In this document: piece by piece, positions 24,692 through 37,255 of the stretch | How the letters are laid out: the number at the start of each line of letters is the position of its first letter | Numbering within the stretch: the stretch's first letter is position 1 | Assembly: GCA_002633005.1 (NCBI GenBank) | Contig: NMRA01000414.1 | Coordinates: forward strand, 344,038 to 408,037 | Origin: Phoronis australis | Lineage: Eukaryota > Animalia > Phoronida | DNA: 64,000 nucleotides | Direction of reading: 5' to 3' | Position numbers and translations under genes: made by a program | The notes under the pieces: generated by a model | What the model saw: only the letters and a program-made list of their open reading frames with translations | Told to the model about the DNA's origin: nothing | Databases searched by the model: none

Positions 24692-27600
24692 ATGAATTTT
24701 TCCGAAACTTTCAAACAAACGGGACAGTTTTGTAGATTTTCTCCAGACGGAGTCTTCATAGTAAGTGCACCACTCGAACATGTTTGACCACTCAGATACG
24801 AGCATATTTACATATGTACCTCGTTCGCTTGCTGAAGCAGTTGCTACTGCATGGCGCTGGACGTTTAACTGTTTGACCATTGTCATTACATTGCCATTGG
24901 CATTGCCGTTGAGTATTATTCCTGGTATGGTGAAGCAGAGTCAATGTTACGTGGCTAGTGTAGTGAAAAAGCACCTTGACAAAATTTCGAATTCGGCACT
25001 TCTTGCTTCAATGCCAGGATCTTTAACCAGTCGACCAAGGCAAAGAGCAATTGCCCTCAGGTTCAGCTGTTTGTGCTGCCCTTACCACTTTATACTATGT
25101 ATAGAATGCAGGTTATCTAAACTTGACGCAGGACACTTGAAGTCTAGTAAACTAGAATACAATAATATTTATTCTATGCAAATAGCTATGAGTACGTCTT
25201 GACGCTTTCAAAGTCCAAGCACAAGTATTACTAAAATTACTAGAACTAGCGTATCTCAGTCCACCCTGAACTCTACAAACTACTGCATGCTAGCTAATAT
25301 ATAGATATACGTATCCAGTGACTATCCCAAGTCACACGCACATCAATAGCACATCTGACACTCTGACTTCACGGTGGCAACTCCCTAACTCTAAACTTCT
25401 GCTCTATATATTCTAAAACTCCCGGGATGTATTGTATCTTCTGAGTGATGTCACTGCCATAGATTTGCTGGAGTACATTCACTACAGCCCGTAGGCGAGT
25501 GATTAAGACAGGTCTTTATATTACACTCACTGCAGATTCACCAAATTAGTCATTCCAGGTCATCACTGCTCACTGTGAGCATGTGTAGCACACCTTCTCC
25601 ATTAAATTTCAGAAATGAGTGTGGAATCACTGGGTTCTTAGTGACAAAAACAAAGTTGATACAACTTGGCACCAAATAGCTGTGGCAATTAAGACTTCCA
25701 TACTTTTAAAATTTTTTTGACATGCGACAAATTGTGACTCGCCATTAAACACAAATCCACGTTCTGGAATTGTCTTTATCCACTTATTGCTGCCTTATGT
25801 TATATTAATTAATGCATTGTCTTTATCCACCTATTGCTGCTTTGCGCTATGTGAATGAATGCATTGTCTTGTTATATTTTAGGCTAATGCTGTCCAGTAC
25901 CGCCTGATCATCCGTGATGTGAAAACACTTCAAATAGTCCATCTCTTCACATGCCTGGATGCCATTCAGTACATTGAGGTGATGAGTTGCATCAAAACTG
26001 GGCATCAGATTCTGCAAATGTGCTAATGGTCTGATATCATGTGCCCCAATTTTGAGAACCAGTTTTCTCCACTGAATAACGGGCATCAAACTGGTTCCCA
26101 AAACTAGAGGCACATTACATCAGATTATTGCTTCAAATGTGGACAGTTTAATTAGAGCTACATTTCCTGCTGGTTAGATGTCGACATCATAACTAAGTCA
26201 CTCTACAAAATAGGTCACAAAGAGCACTCAGGTCATTTACAAGTAGAAAGTAATTGAGAAAATCATGGCTGGTCGACCTTTTCAAAACTTTCATAGTTTA
26301 ATTCGATCACATGTTATCTCTCAGTTCCAGCTTAATGTTGAAATAATTATCATCCATTACAAAGAAATTCATAATTAAACCAGATTGAAAGACTTAAATA
26401 ACATATTTTTTGATTTCATGGTTTGAATCATTGAATAAAAAAGAAGAACACATTTAATTTGTAAGCTGTTCTCACCTGTAATGACAGATGATAGTTCATT
26501 TTAAAGTCCTTGAAACTTTGGTTGAATGCTGTGACTTAACTGAGGGTGACTAACTGTAACCCTTTGAAAACTTGTTTTTGTTATTGTGAAGTTTTCACAC
26601 ACTCTAGTTTTCAGTTCTGCTTGAGAAGAAAATAAGTTTGACCAGTGTAATTAAAAATTAATGTACATGTATTGTTTATTTGCTCTTGCCCTACCCTCAC
26701 TCCTCTGAGATGGGTGGGCCACTACTGGGCTGGGGGTAAATTCTTTATCTTGCTAAAACAGCACTTTTTATTGTGGTCAGGGGTGTACTCATTTTTGCAG
26801 CTAAACATTTTTACAAGAGAAAAATGGAGTACTTCTTTCGTGAGATCGCAAATTGATTCTTCTGAATCATGTACACATTTTATGGTCAGTTACTTGATGC
26901 GAAACACAATTAATTTTAATCTGTACCTTTAGTGTGGTTACTTTTCCGTTGATGCAGTTTTATGATTTTTGATGCAATGAAATTAGAAAATCTCTGCTAA
27001 TCATTTTGTTTAATTTGTTATTCTTATATTGACTTAAGGTGACAGTATGCCAGTTCGATGTTGGATAAAATTCAAGAGACACGTAATGTTAAGAAGTTGA
27101 AGTTAGGAACAGTGTATACTTGGAGAGCAATCCCTTCTTTTAACAACTTTTTTAATAAATGGAAGTCAATGACTGTGTTTTAGTATTTAATGTTTGATCT
27201 ACATGACAATTAATAATTGAGTTATCAATAACTCAAGAGTTTACTCATTCAAATAATTGTTATGTAGGGTAAAATCTCACCAATTTAGGACACAACATGG
27301 CCGACAAGTGAAATTTTATTTTTTCATTTTTTTTATAAAATGTCAATAGCACAAAACAAGTGCTATTATATTTTTAGTGATCTATGCCATAGGTACCGTC
27401 TTGATAATGATTTTGAGAAATTGTAGGCATTGATAACAGTGTTAGGAACCTGAAAAAAATCAATGTTGGCAATTATTTTGTCCGAAATTGGTGAGATGTT
27501 ATCGTAATTAACTTTTGCCAACAAGTATCTCCTCAACAACTGCAATTAAGGACTGTGCTACTGTTGCTCTTGGTATCACAGTGGTCTCCTGACAGTTCAC

Positions 27601-30600
27601 TGGTGCTATGTGGCATGTACAAGAGAGGTCTAGTACAAGTGTGGTCAGTGGAGCAGCCAGAGTGGACGTGTAAAATAGACGAGGGGTCAGCCGGAGTGAC
27701 TGGTGTTAGGTGGAGCCCGGACAGTAGGCATGTACTGACCACTGCCGAGTTTGGAGTGAGTTCATCCAACAAATTCTAATTCTAAATGAGTTGTTTTGTA
27801 AAAAGTCTTGATAAAATTTTGTTTTGGTGCAATGTTTTATTCTGATTTGGAACGTATGATCAAAAATTGTTAAAATGAATAAAGTTTTGATTGCTGATGT
27901 TTAAATGTTACTGCCACCCATTTTTTAACTGTGAGTGTGCTGTGTGAATTTTCGTTAGTATTACCATAATATTGACTTCAATTTTTTGTAACATGTAACT
28001 GACAACAATGTTACATTCACATTTTGTGGTTAACGTCACAGGTGAACTCATGAGATGAATGCAATTGTCATTAGAAATGTATTAATTTTTATTAAGGTGT
28101 TTATTCAGCTGTAAAACACTGTGTCCATTTTCTTTTGCAGCTGCGAATGACTGTGTGGTCTTTAGTCAACAAGTCAGTGTCATATATCAAGTATCCAAAA
28201 CAGTGTCAAAAAGGTAAGGTTTAAATAATTCACCATGGCCTTCCCTATTCAATATTCACCAGCATTTGGTGGTTTTAAGGTCACGCCGATAAGCGCCCCC
28301 TATTGTTCAGTTAGGCATACAAGTCAAACCTCCCCATTGTGTGGTCATTATTAATGATATTCATCCCTGTCTCCTAATTCTAAGCAAAAGAATCTGGTCA
28401 TAAACTCCAGGTGCTGTGTAATACAGCCATTGAAATCTCAACCCACGAAATACATTTAATTTCATTTGTATGATTTAGGACCTAATAACTGGACTTTTCA
28501 GAATGTCTGATTCTTATAATATTTGGATGCTGAAAGCCACTTGTGCCTGATGAAGTGTTTTCTATATTTTCTATGTAAAGAAATATGTCTTATCCTGATC
28601 ATGTGGCATTTAAAATAGCAGTGAATCTCATAGATTAAACGGAGTTTGTTCTAGGAGCAAATTTATGAGATCTATAAATTAACGTTTTTTTTGTTGGAAA
28701 AGGACAATTTTAGTACTACAAACAGCAAGTTTTAACTCATAATGATTTCTGACAAGTGAAATTCAAGCCTTATCAGACTGAAGCCTGTCATTTAGTTAAA
28801 CAATACCTGTTAAGCACTGGATCATAGTGAACCTTGTTTTACGTTATACGTTGCTATACAAATGAACAGTCAATTGGTGTGATTTCTTTCAGGACTTGAC
28901 TTTGATACAAGGGGAAAATATCTTGCTTTGGCAGAGAGAAGAGATTGTAAAGATTACATCAGTATTTTTGATTGCACTTGTTGGCAGCTTGTGAAGGTAT
29001 AATTGCAAATAGCATCATGTCCCATCAATACATTGTCACCAATAGGTGCCAGTCAATACTAATGTGTGTTCGCACAGCTTCAGGATACTTTCAGTTTCCT
29101 GTCAAATTTTTTTACATTTGTCATTTCATTTTTTTGACTTATTAAGGTTTTTTTGGAAACAGTTCATTTAAATTTTGTGTATCAGATAAAAATATGGCCT
29201 TCTAACTGTTAATTTATTCACTTAAATCAGGGCTGAGGTCTGTGGACCCAAGGCATACGTGAAGCAGTTTTGGTGAAAAATAATTTTAGCTTATGGAATG
29301 GAGTTGATGAATTCCATCCCATGATTTAACATCCCAACCTCACCAACCAATCACTTCAGCGGCTGCCATTTTGCTGTAATATCCCAGTAAAGTACAGAGC
29401 ACATGACTTGTGTAGATCACTTGTCTTCCACTTGAATGGTTTTGCATGTTTTTGCATTTTCATGAGGGTCTTGCATCTACAGAATGCACCTCTGGCTGTT
29501 TTCCATATTGTGTACTATAGAAGAGTGCTATTCATCAGTTATGTTTTTTATATTTGTGCCAAGTGATACCTGTTTCATCTTCGTAGCATTTTGAGACGGA
29601 CACTGATGACTTAGCAGGACTTTCGTGGTCACCAGATGGCAGGGTACTCTGTGTCTGGGAGAACTGTCTGCAGGTGAGGGTTCAATTTTACTGTTTACGT
29701 GCTTTGAATCAATTTTATTTTTTGCGCTTGGTAAATAACTTATTTGTTTTTGAAATACTTTCCTATCGTGGTCAGTCATTCATTCCAGGGCATTGTCATT
29801 TTTCTCATCACGTCGCTTTTAATAATTGTCATCAAACAATATGCTTTTATTGGGTTCTGGCAAAGTAGCTTGATTATTCATATCCTTGACCCTGCGTACC
29901 AGAATCTGTGTAGTTTTACAGGCGTTTGCATTAATGCTGTTCTTTCTTCATGAAAACAATTCATTTCTCAATTCTGTTCCTATCAATGCATGTCTTTACC
30001 CAATCAGAATTGCAGACACAAAAAAAAACTGCTCATTAGAAAAGAGCTTTGGCCATTAGAAAGTAACAGAGTCGTTTTTATGAGAATGCTTGTGTCGCCC
30101 GTGAATATTTTCAAACTATTGCAGTCACAATCAAACCAAAACACTTCTGCCACTGCTTTTGTTACCATCGTCATTTTTCACTTGTTGAATTGTAAATTCC
30201 TACTATATTCCTCGTTCCAGTACAAAGTACTGATATACTCCGTGGACGGCCGGAATTTGTCTACTTACAGTGCCTATGACTTGGCACTGGGTGTGAAGGG
30301 TACTGCTTGGTCGCCTACCAGCCAGTTTCTGGCTATAGGAAGCTATGATCAAAAGGTACACTGCTGTTTTCATTTTTTTGACAAGAATCGTTTCATTTTA
30401 TTGTCAGTGTGGTTACTATGAGAATAGTCCAGTGACACCTATGTTGATAAGTAATCGATAAACTCAAAATATTTCAATGGTCCAAAATTGAGAAAGTTGT
30501 GTCATTCAGCCACATTTTCTGTACTGCTATCCCTTGCTAGAAGTGCAAAACGGTACTGGAAGTGCCCCATGGTTGCTTTCTCAATTCAGCCCTTGTGTCC

Positions 30601-33600
30601 GAAAGAGCCCTCATGGGTTTTTAGTGTTGGTAGGGGCTCCCCAGTACACCAGATCAGATGAAATGCCCGACCAGAGATCTAGTACTGTTAAGAGGTGCTG
30701 GGTTAACAGTCGAGAAGAGTTTCTAGTTATTTACTGTTCTTATGATGTGGTGGAGGGGAAGATCCAGTTATCTAATTCTTAACTCCATTAATGCTCACCT
30801 TTCGGACTTTGTAGTGGCTTATAAAAGTGCTGGGTGTTCTGTCAACACAAAAAGAATTAGAATTGATAGTCGCTGTGGGCCTCAGTTCTTGTGTAGGTGT
30901 GGCAAATTTAAAATATTGATCAATTTTTTTCCTTTTATAGGTTCGCATATTGAACCACATCACATGGAAAACCGTTGCTGAGCATGCGCACCCTCTCACT
31001 ATAGATGGCAGCGCTGTAGTTGCCTATAAGGAAGTGGAGAGCAAGCCACCACATCTACATGGTGAGGCAGAGCCACCTGGTGAGACACTCTTCAGAACAC
31101 AGAGCAAATGTGAGTGTTGTATGTTTTGTATATATCTTAAGGTTCTGATTATACATTGTACAAAGGCATTTTTTCATCTTCGATCCAGAGCAGAAATAAT
31201 AAAAAACTCAATCATTTTGCTATTAATCTGCAAGGTTGTATATTTTGTGAATAATTCAGGTATTGAAAAAAATCAATGTGTGTTTAATGTGTTCACACCA
31301 AATTGTGCTTTGCTCCTGTAAGCTGTTTGTACATTATGTTCTTCATGTTTCTAGATGAAATCGTACAAGGCAATCTGCAAGTGCCGAATGTGAAGCCAGA
31401 CCAGAACAAAGCCAACCCCAAGATGGGTGTGGGCTCTTTGGAGTTCAGCTCAGATGGTCGATACTTGTACACTCAAAATGGTACTGTCGTGAGTGAATTG
31501 TCTCAAGAGTAGTCTTGTGACTATTTAGTTGCTGTACCATGTACCAGTCTGTCTTCGAATTTGATTACCTGCTGTGAGAAAAAGATCTCAACTTGATACC
31601 TAGGAGTCAGGTTATACACGGTTTGGGGCTCGAGAAAAAATGACAATTTGCCACTGATGTAGGCCGTGCTCATTAAAATTGACTGACATGTCATAATTGA
31701 ACATTTGGTCACAGACCCTCCCCTTTTCCAGCCATTTTGTTTCTGGCACAACAAATGACAAGTCCCACCAAACCAGCAGTGGCAATTCTTTCTAAGCCAA
31801 GAGGTCAAGCTCAAAGTTAATTGAAACAATGTTTCTAGTCAGAGAGATCTCACTGGTGATATATTTCAGATAACATGCCTCATGCCTTATGGATCTGGGA
31901 TGTTCCTAATCTCTGCCAAGCTGTGTTATTACTTCAGACAGCACCGGTAAAATGTAAGTTTTTTTGGGAAAACAGAGTTTTTTGCATGCAGTCACACTTT
32001 GTTGATGATATGAAAAAAAAGATTGACATTTAAAGATTATTTTTTGGTTGAAATTGTGTAAAGCATGATTTTTTTGCAATTACTCACTTTGAAGATTTCT
32101 TTTATTCTGTGGTCATAATATTGTGCTTTTGATGGTAACTTTTTTGTTCTATATTAAGTCAAAATGATGTTCTTGACCTGTGAAAGCAATGGTTGTAGAC
32201 ATACACAAAAAATGATGATCTGCATTCTGTACACTTGTTTTAGAGATTAAATGGGTTGGTGATTTCATTTTTTAGATATTGGCTGGTTGCATTTAATTTT
32301 GAAATTTTTTGTCCCCATAGTTAATTATTTGGTATTCATGTTTCATTTAGGTGTTGCTTGGGAGCCAGGTAAATCTCGTTTAGCCCTGTGCACAGGTAAT
32401 GGCCGTGTGTACATGTGGTCCCCTGCTGGCAGTCTTTCAGTGGAAGTGCCAGTCGAAGGTAGGTATAGTTGTGGTGGCCAGCGTCATGTCATTTCAAACC
32501 TTTTAGAGGCTGATACCTCTGTTCCAGAAACATATAGTCGTTTTTAATTTAATAACAGTTGTCAGCATTTGAGAGTAATGACAGACATGTATTTTCAGAA
32601 ACAATAACTCGAGTAACTATGGACAGTTTCTTGATATTTCAGTGCACTAGGTCTTCATTCTTATGGAGCGTTTGTAGAATATATTTTATAGCCCCATGCA
32701 GCGCCATCTTTAGAGACGATGGTTTTGATTCATGTTTTGGTATGAAGTCCTTTGTTTTGAATGAGAAATGTTTCATTTGGGGTTTGAGGATCACAGCATC
32801 GCCGCGGCTCTGTCTGATGGTATCAAGTAAATACTGGTACTATGACTTTAAACAATGTGCCTATTGAAAACACTACACAGAGTGAAACAGGAATATTCAA
32901 CTTGAAATATTCCAGTTCAAAGTTTGCAATTTTTTGGCGTAATAAGTGCTGTACAAGACTCAAATGTGTTGTTCAGATATTGGATGATTAAACAGTTTCT
33001 CAATGAAACATGAGTGATAGTGATCTTCATGTTACAAAGCTTTGATTTTGAGGCTTACACTCTGCTTGATTTTGTCCAAATCATGCCTCTCAGTCATTAG
33101 AATGAACATTGTTATGTCTGCATGTTTCAGTTGACTTAATGAGTGGAGATTGTCCCCCAGGTAGCATATTACCAACGTTTATGTTGTGTTATGTATTGAA
33201 ACAATGGGAGACTTTATTATCACCAGGTGGCGCTAATGAATAAAGACTCCTTTTGAACACCTAAACAGATTGAGAGCAGAAACAGCTCTTCAGCATGGAT
33301 GTGCAGTCCCACGGGATTACCTGAATGCATGCATGTCTAAAAGTAGGACCGTTGTCACACTAGCGACACCTAGTGAATTTAAAGCTGCTTGTTGCATTTT
33401 TTGAAAATGGTTTTGTTTTGCCGTCACTGCCACTTCTGTAGTTATGAAAACTGTGATGTTCTCATTTCTTAATGAAATCTTTAAAAAGCCACTCCCTAAG
33501 TTTTGTGGAAAAATCATTATTTTGAGACATCATTCTTTGACAATGACACCGCATGAGTATTTATGAAAAAAAGAAACAAAAAATCAATCCTTGAACATTC

Positions 33601-33907
33601 AGATCGCACAAGTGTGTACTTAGGATATGCACCACGATCAATTAGGTCACAAATTTGTACCCAACAATCTTGATATGGTAAAGTCGTATTCACAAACTCA
33701 CTGCACATTTTCTATGCCATTTAAGCAGACGTTATACTGGCGATTTAAACGTTTGTTAGCTTCACATCTCTCTGAGAAATCTAGAATCCCATTCCAGGGC
33801 CATTCCAAGTGACGTCCTTATGCTGGCATCCTGATGGAGATATTCTGTGCCTGATGTCTAGAGACCTTTTGTGCGTCTGCTTCCTTGCTGTGCCAAAGGA
33901 AGACTAA
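24692..33907 (+). CDS. WRAP73: WD repeat protein WRAP73 (WDR8), centriolar/ciliary, 12 coding exons
   Basis: Exons 24692-24760 ([20 protein letters not shown]), 25883-25978, 27582-27755 ([38 protein letters not shown]), 28141-28213 (SVSYIKYPK), 28893-28996 ([16 protein letters not shown]), 29587-29673, 30221-30355 ([16 protein letters not shown]), 30941-31109, 31355-31480 (ANPKMGVG), 31870-31953, 32351-32458, 33798-33907 (TAA). Colinear with the human WRAP73 sequence as I recall it. Confidence 0.95.
25768..25872. repeat. ~47-bp tandem repeat x2.3 next to the WRAP73 exon 2 acceptor
   Basis: ATTGTCTTTATCCAC.TATTGCTGC repeated. Confidence 0.75.
27268..27503. mobile_element. MITE (family B), short copy in WRAP73 intron 2
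   Basis: TIR GGTAAAATCTCACCAATTTAGGACA / TGTCCGAAATTGGTGAGATGTTATC; first ~90 bp similar to 36370-36460 and to a fragment at 50567-50620. Confidence 0.6.
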
Positions 33908-36369
33908 CATAATTCCAAACCAAGCGAGTGTCTAATTCAGTACAGAAGGGAGACTTGCATTGTGAAGGGTCACTTGAACAAACAAGTTCTGCTAGCAGAC
34001 AGCTCCATGGATGTTATTGTTGTTGTCGGGCAAAATGCATTTTGCAAATGTCATTTACGACATTTTGCTCGCAAAATGAATATTTCGTGGGTAATCAGAC
34101 CCTGCAGTGTCCATTACATCAAACTCTATTCCAGTGGTGCCTTTGAAATGGATATAGTTTTCTTAGGTGCCAAGTTCTAGTTTAGTTGACAAGATTATGT
34201 GCCTTGCACCCCACGATTGGAAAATGTGCGATTTCCATGTAACAAATAGTTGCCAGCATATGTGGATAATAAAAAATGCAGTTGCCAGGGGTAAAAACTT
34301 GGGTCACAAAACATGGAATGGAAACCGGGTTGATAAATTTGTATGCTAGATGGCAAGCATGTATTGAAACATTTACACCGACTGCAATAGTGTGGTTGTT
34401 GCAGAAACTCAAGATCTGAATTCTTAAGTCATATGCTCTAACTTCGAAAATGTGTAAATAAAATTGAGTCGACTCGATCATACTCAAATGTTGTACATTT
34501 TTGACACGCAAAGACAACGTTCTTTGTGCACTGAATGTGACCTGACTGACCATTACACGAAGTCGAGGTATTTAACAACTCCCCATCTTCCAATCAACCA
34601 CCAAACCAGTGAATAGCAACATGACAAGATCATAATTTTGCACTGATCATTACTTTATTACAACATGGATATTAGTACTATAACCATATTAGGAATCACA
34701 CAGACCAAACTTATGAAACAGTACAGCTTAAAGCTAGCAAATCATAAGGTATCTTTAATTTAGCACTATTCTTTCTTTTCACAACCTCGTTGAGGACGAC
34801 ACAATAATTACACGAAATAAAAGTTGTCAAGTTCTGCGTGGCATAAATTTCGAAACAAATGCTGTACACATGTACCAAAAATAGTAACACACAAACGCAA
34901 CAAAAATAACATAAATAACAAAAATCATTTTAGAAACTATGAATATTCTGAAATAGTAATTGCCTCAGATAGTGCACTTATTGCAGCACAGAAATCTTTG
35001 ATCTAACATCAAACACTCAAATTTCCTAAATTGCTAAATCCAATAGCAAAAAGTTACAGGCCAGGGCTGGTCTTAGCTTGGACCGAAATAATGCCATCAC
35101 GTCGTTACCCTTGTTGAATAATCCTGTTGACATGACAACAATCAAACTTTGAGACTTAAACTTTCAAGAAACAAACGTAGAGATTTATTCTATTTAATTT
35201 TGCATTCACTTAAAGAATTAAGTCGATTTACAGAATAGGACAACAAAGACATTTTTATCAATCAAACCACTTCACAGAATAGGTTTTCAGTCTGCCTTTT
35301 AAAAATATACCATGTAGTCATTAGTTTTAGAAGAACCCTTTTCAACAAATCTGCACTCACTAATGGCACTCCTACAGTCAGACTTACGGAGTTCTATTCA
35401 CACAATGTAAATGTCTCGCTTACATTTTTAACACATTTAAAACACACTTCTATTTCCAGCAAACAATAGAAACCAAAATATACCAACCAATAAAAATAAT
35501 TACAACTGAACATAAACTTAGCAACAATGCGTAAAAACAGATCTACCCCCAAAACGCCACAGATGAAGTCCCACATTTCATAGAATGATTACACAAATAT
35601 CTCGTTAATGAAATGTAAAACAATGCCACTCCCCTACGTCAAACGTATCACAAACAGCTTCATTTCTAAGTTGACATTGCCACATGTACTTATTCCAGGA
35701 AGACAAAATTCTAATTTGCAATCGAGCAATCCAGCACAGCCAATGGCTGGTGCTTGGAAATATCATAATCTGGGGTGCACTCCCCGTCACCCGCGCCAAG
35801 AAGTGAAAGTTAATGGAGCACAAATGGGAAGTTTTCTCTCAATTTGCAAACAAATGCCAGAAAATTTGCAAGTTACTGACAAAAAAATAGTTGGTTTTCA
35901 CTAGTTCTTGCATAACCTTGTAAAAGTTGCAATGAATAAACTTCTCACAGAATGCGCCACTGCTGTATAGTTACTCTCCACTCTTGCATAACAGTATCCA
36001 GACACCGTATGGCACTTAAATCAGCAATTTCAGTCTCATAACGGGGTATATTATAATTTCTTAAAATGTCGCTTTTGAGTAATATTTCCTCAACATTCAA
36101 ACAGCTACTCTGATGTACGTGTAAGTCAGCTGATGATCACTATATTAACAATCTGTAGACTAGCACCATCTTACGGTTGTACAATGACGGGACACCAGCC
36201 TAAATTTAAAAGCTTTATGTATCAACTGTAACTGTTAATGAGTGCTTATTGACATCGGGTTTCTAAACTTATGTTCAAAATGTTAAAAAAAATTCTTTGA
36301 AACTACAAAAACAATGCAACTACTTCAAATTGTACCAAGTGCAAAATACTCAAAAGTGGTCACAGGTAA

Positions 36370-36928
36370 GGTAAAGACTCACAAATTTAGGACACAACAT
36401 GGCCCATGATGGAAATTTTATTTTCTCAATATTTCATAAACAGTAATTAGCACAAAAATCCTACTTCACCATTTTCAAGTTTTGTACCATAACCACCACC
36501 ACACAAGACGATGAACATTGTGGTAAAGTGAACTCATTTTAGAACACGACATGACAAAATAATAAACAAATTTTTCATCAAAAGTAAATGGACAAAAATT
36601 TACCTCATCATTTATAAAGTTTGTATTGCACATTTGTCATCATCAAAGAAATGGGAATCGGGCATTTTTACAATACAGTTAGCTTTTGAAAGTTGGAAAA
36701 ACGACAATTTTGGCATTTTTTTTAAATTTTAGTAAAGTTCATCGTACCAATCCTTCAGATGAAGTATTTGATATGCAAACTATTAATCGACACACTTCTG
36801 GTGATGGTTGATGAAAACGTTTTGAAAAATTGTGAATTCAACATTAACCACAGTTTCAGGAGTCCTTGAAAAATAACACAGGACAGTTTTGTCTAAACTT
36901 GTAGTCTAAGATTGGTGAAGTTTTGCCA
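36370..36928. mobile_element. MITE (family B), long copy between the WRAP73 and TPRG1L stop codons
   Basis: Starts GGTAAAGACTCACAAATTTAGGACACAACATGGCC (shared with 27268); degenerate right TIR GTCTAAGATTGGTGAAGTTTTGCC. Confidence 0.5.
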
Positions 36929-37255
36929 GTGTAATGCATGAACGCTTAACCACAAAAAAGATATCAGGCACGGGTTAAGATTTTAACTTTTCTAGTCACT
37001 CGCTGTTCACATGTATCAATTCTTTATCAATTCAAACAATTGCTTTGACTGATTTGCTCAAATCAGACAGAAAAAGAAAAACATGATTCTATATATTGCA
37101 CACACTAAATAAATTTAGGATTTACTGAAAAATCCCTCGGAACTAGCGCATGTCACTGTCTTGAACAGTTACGGACTGGGATGAATGCATACCACAGAAT
37201 TAATCTGACACCAGATTCTAATGATATATGAAAGAGACATCAATACAGAGAAACT

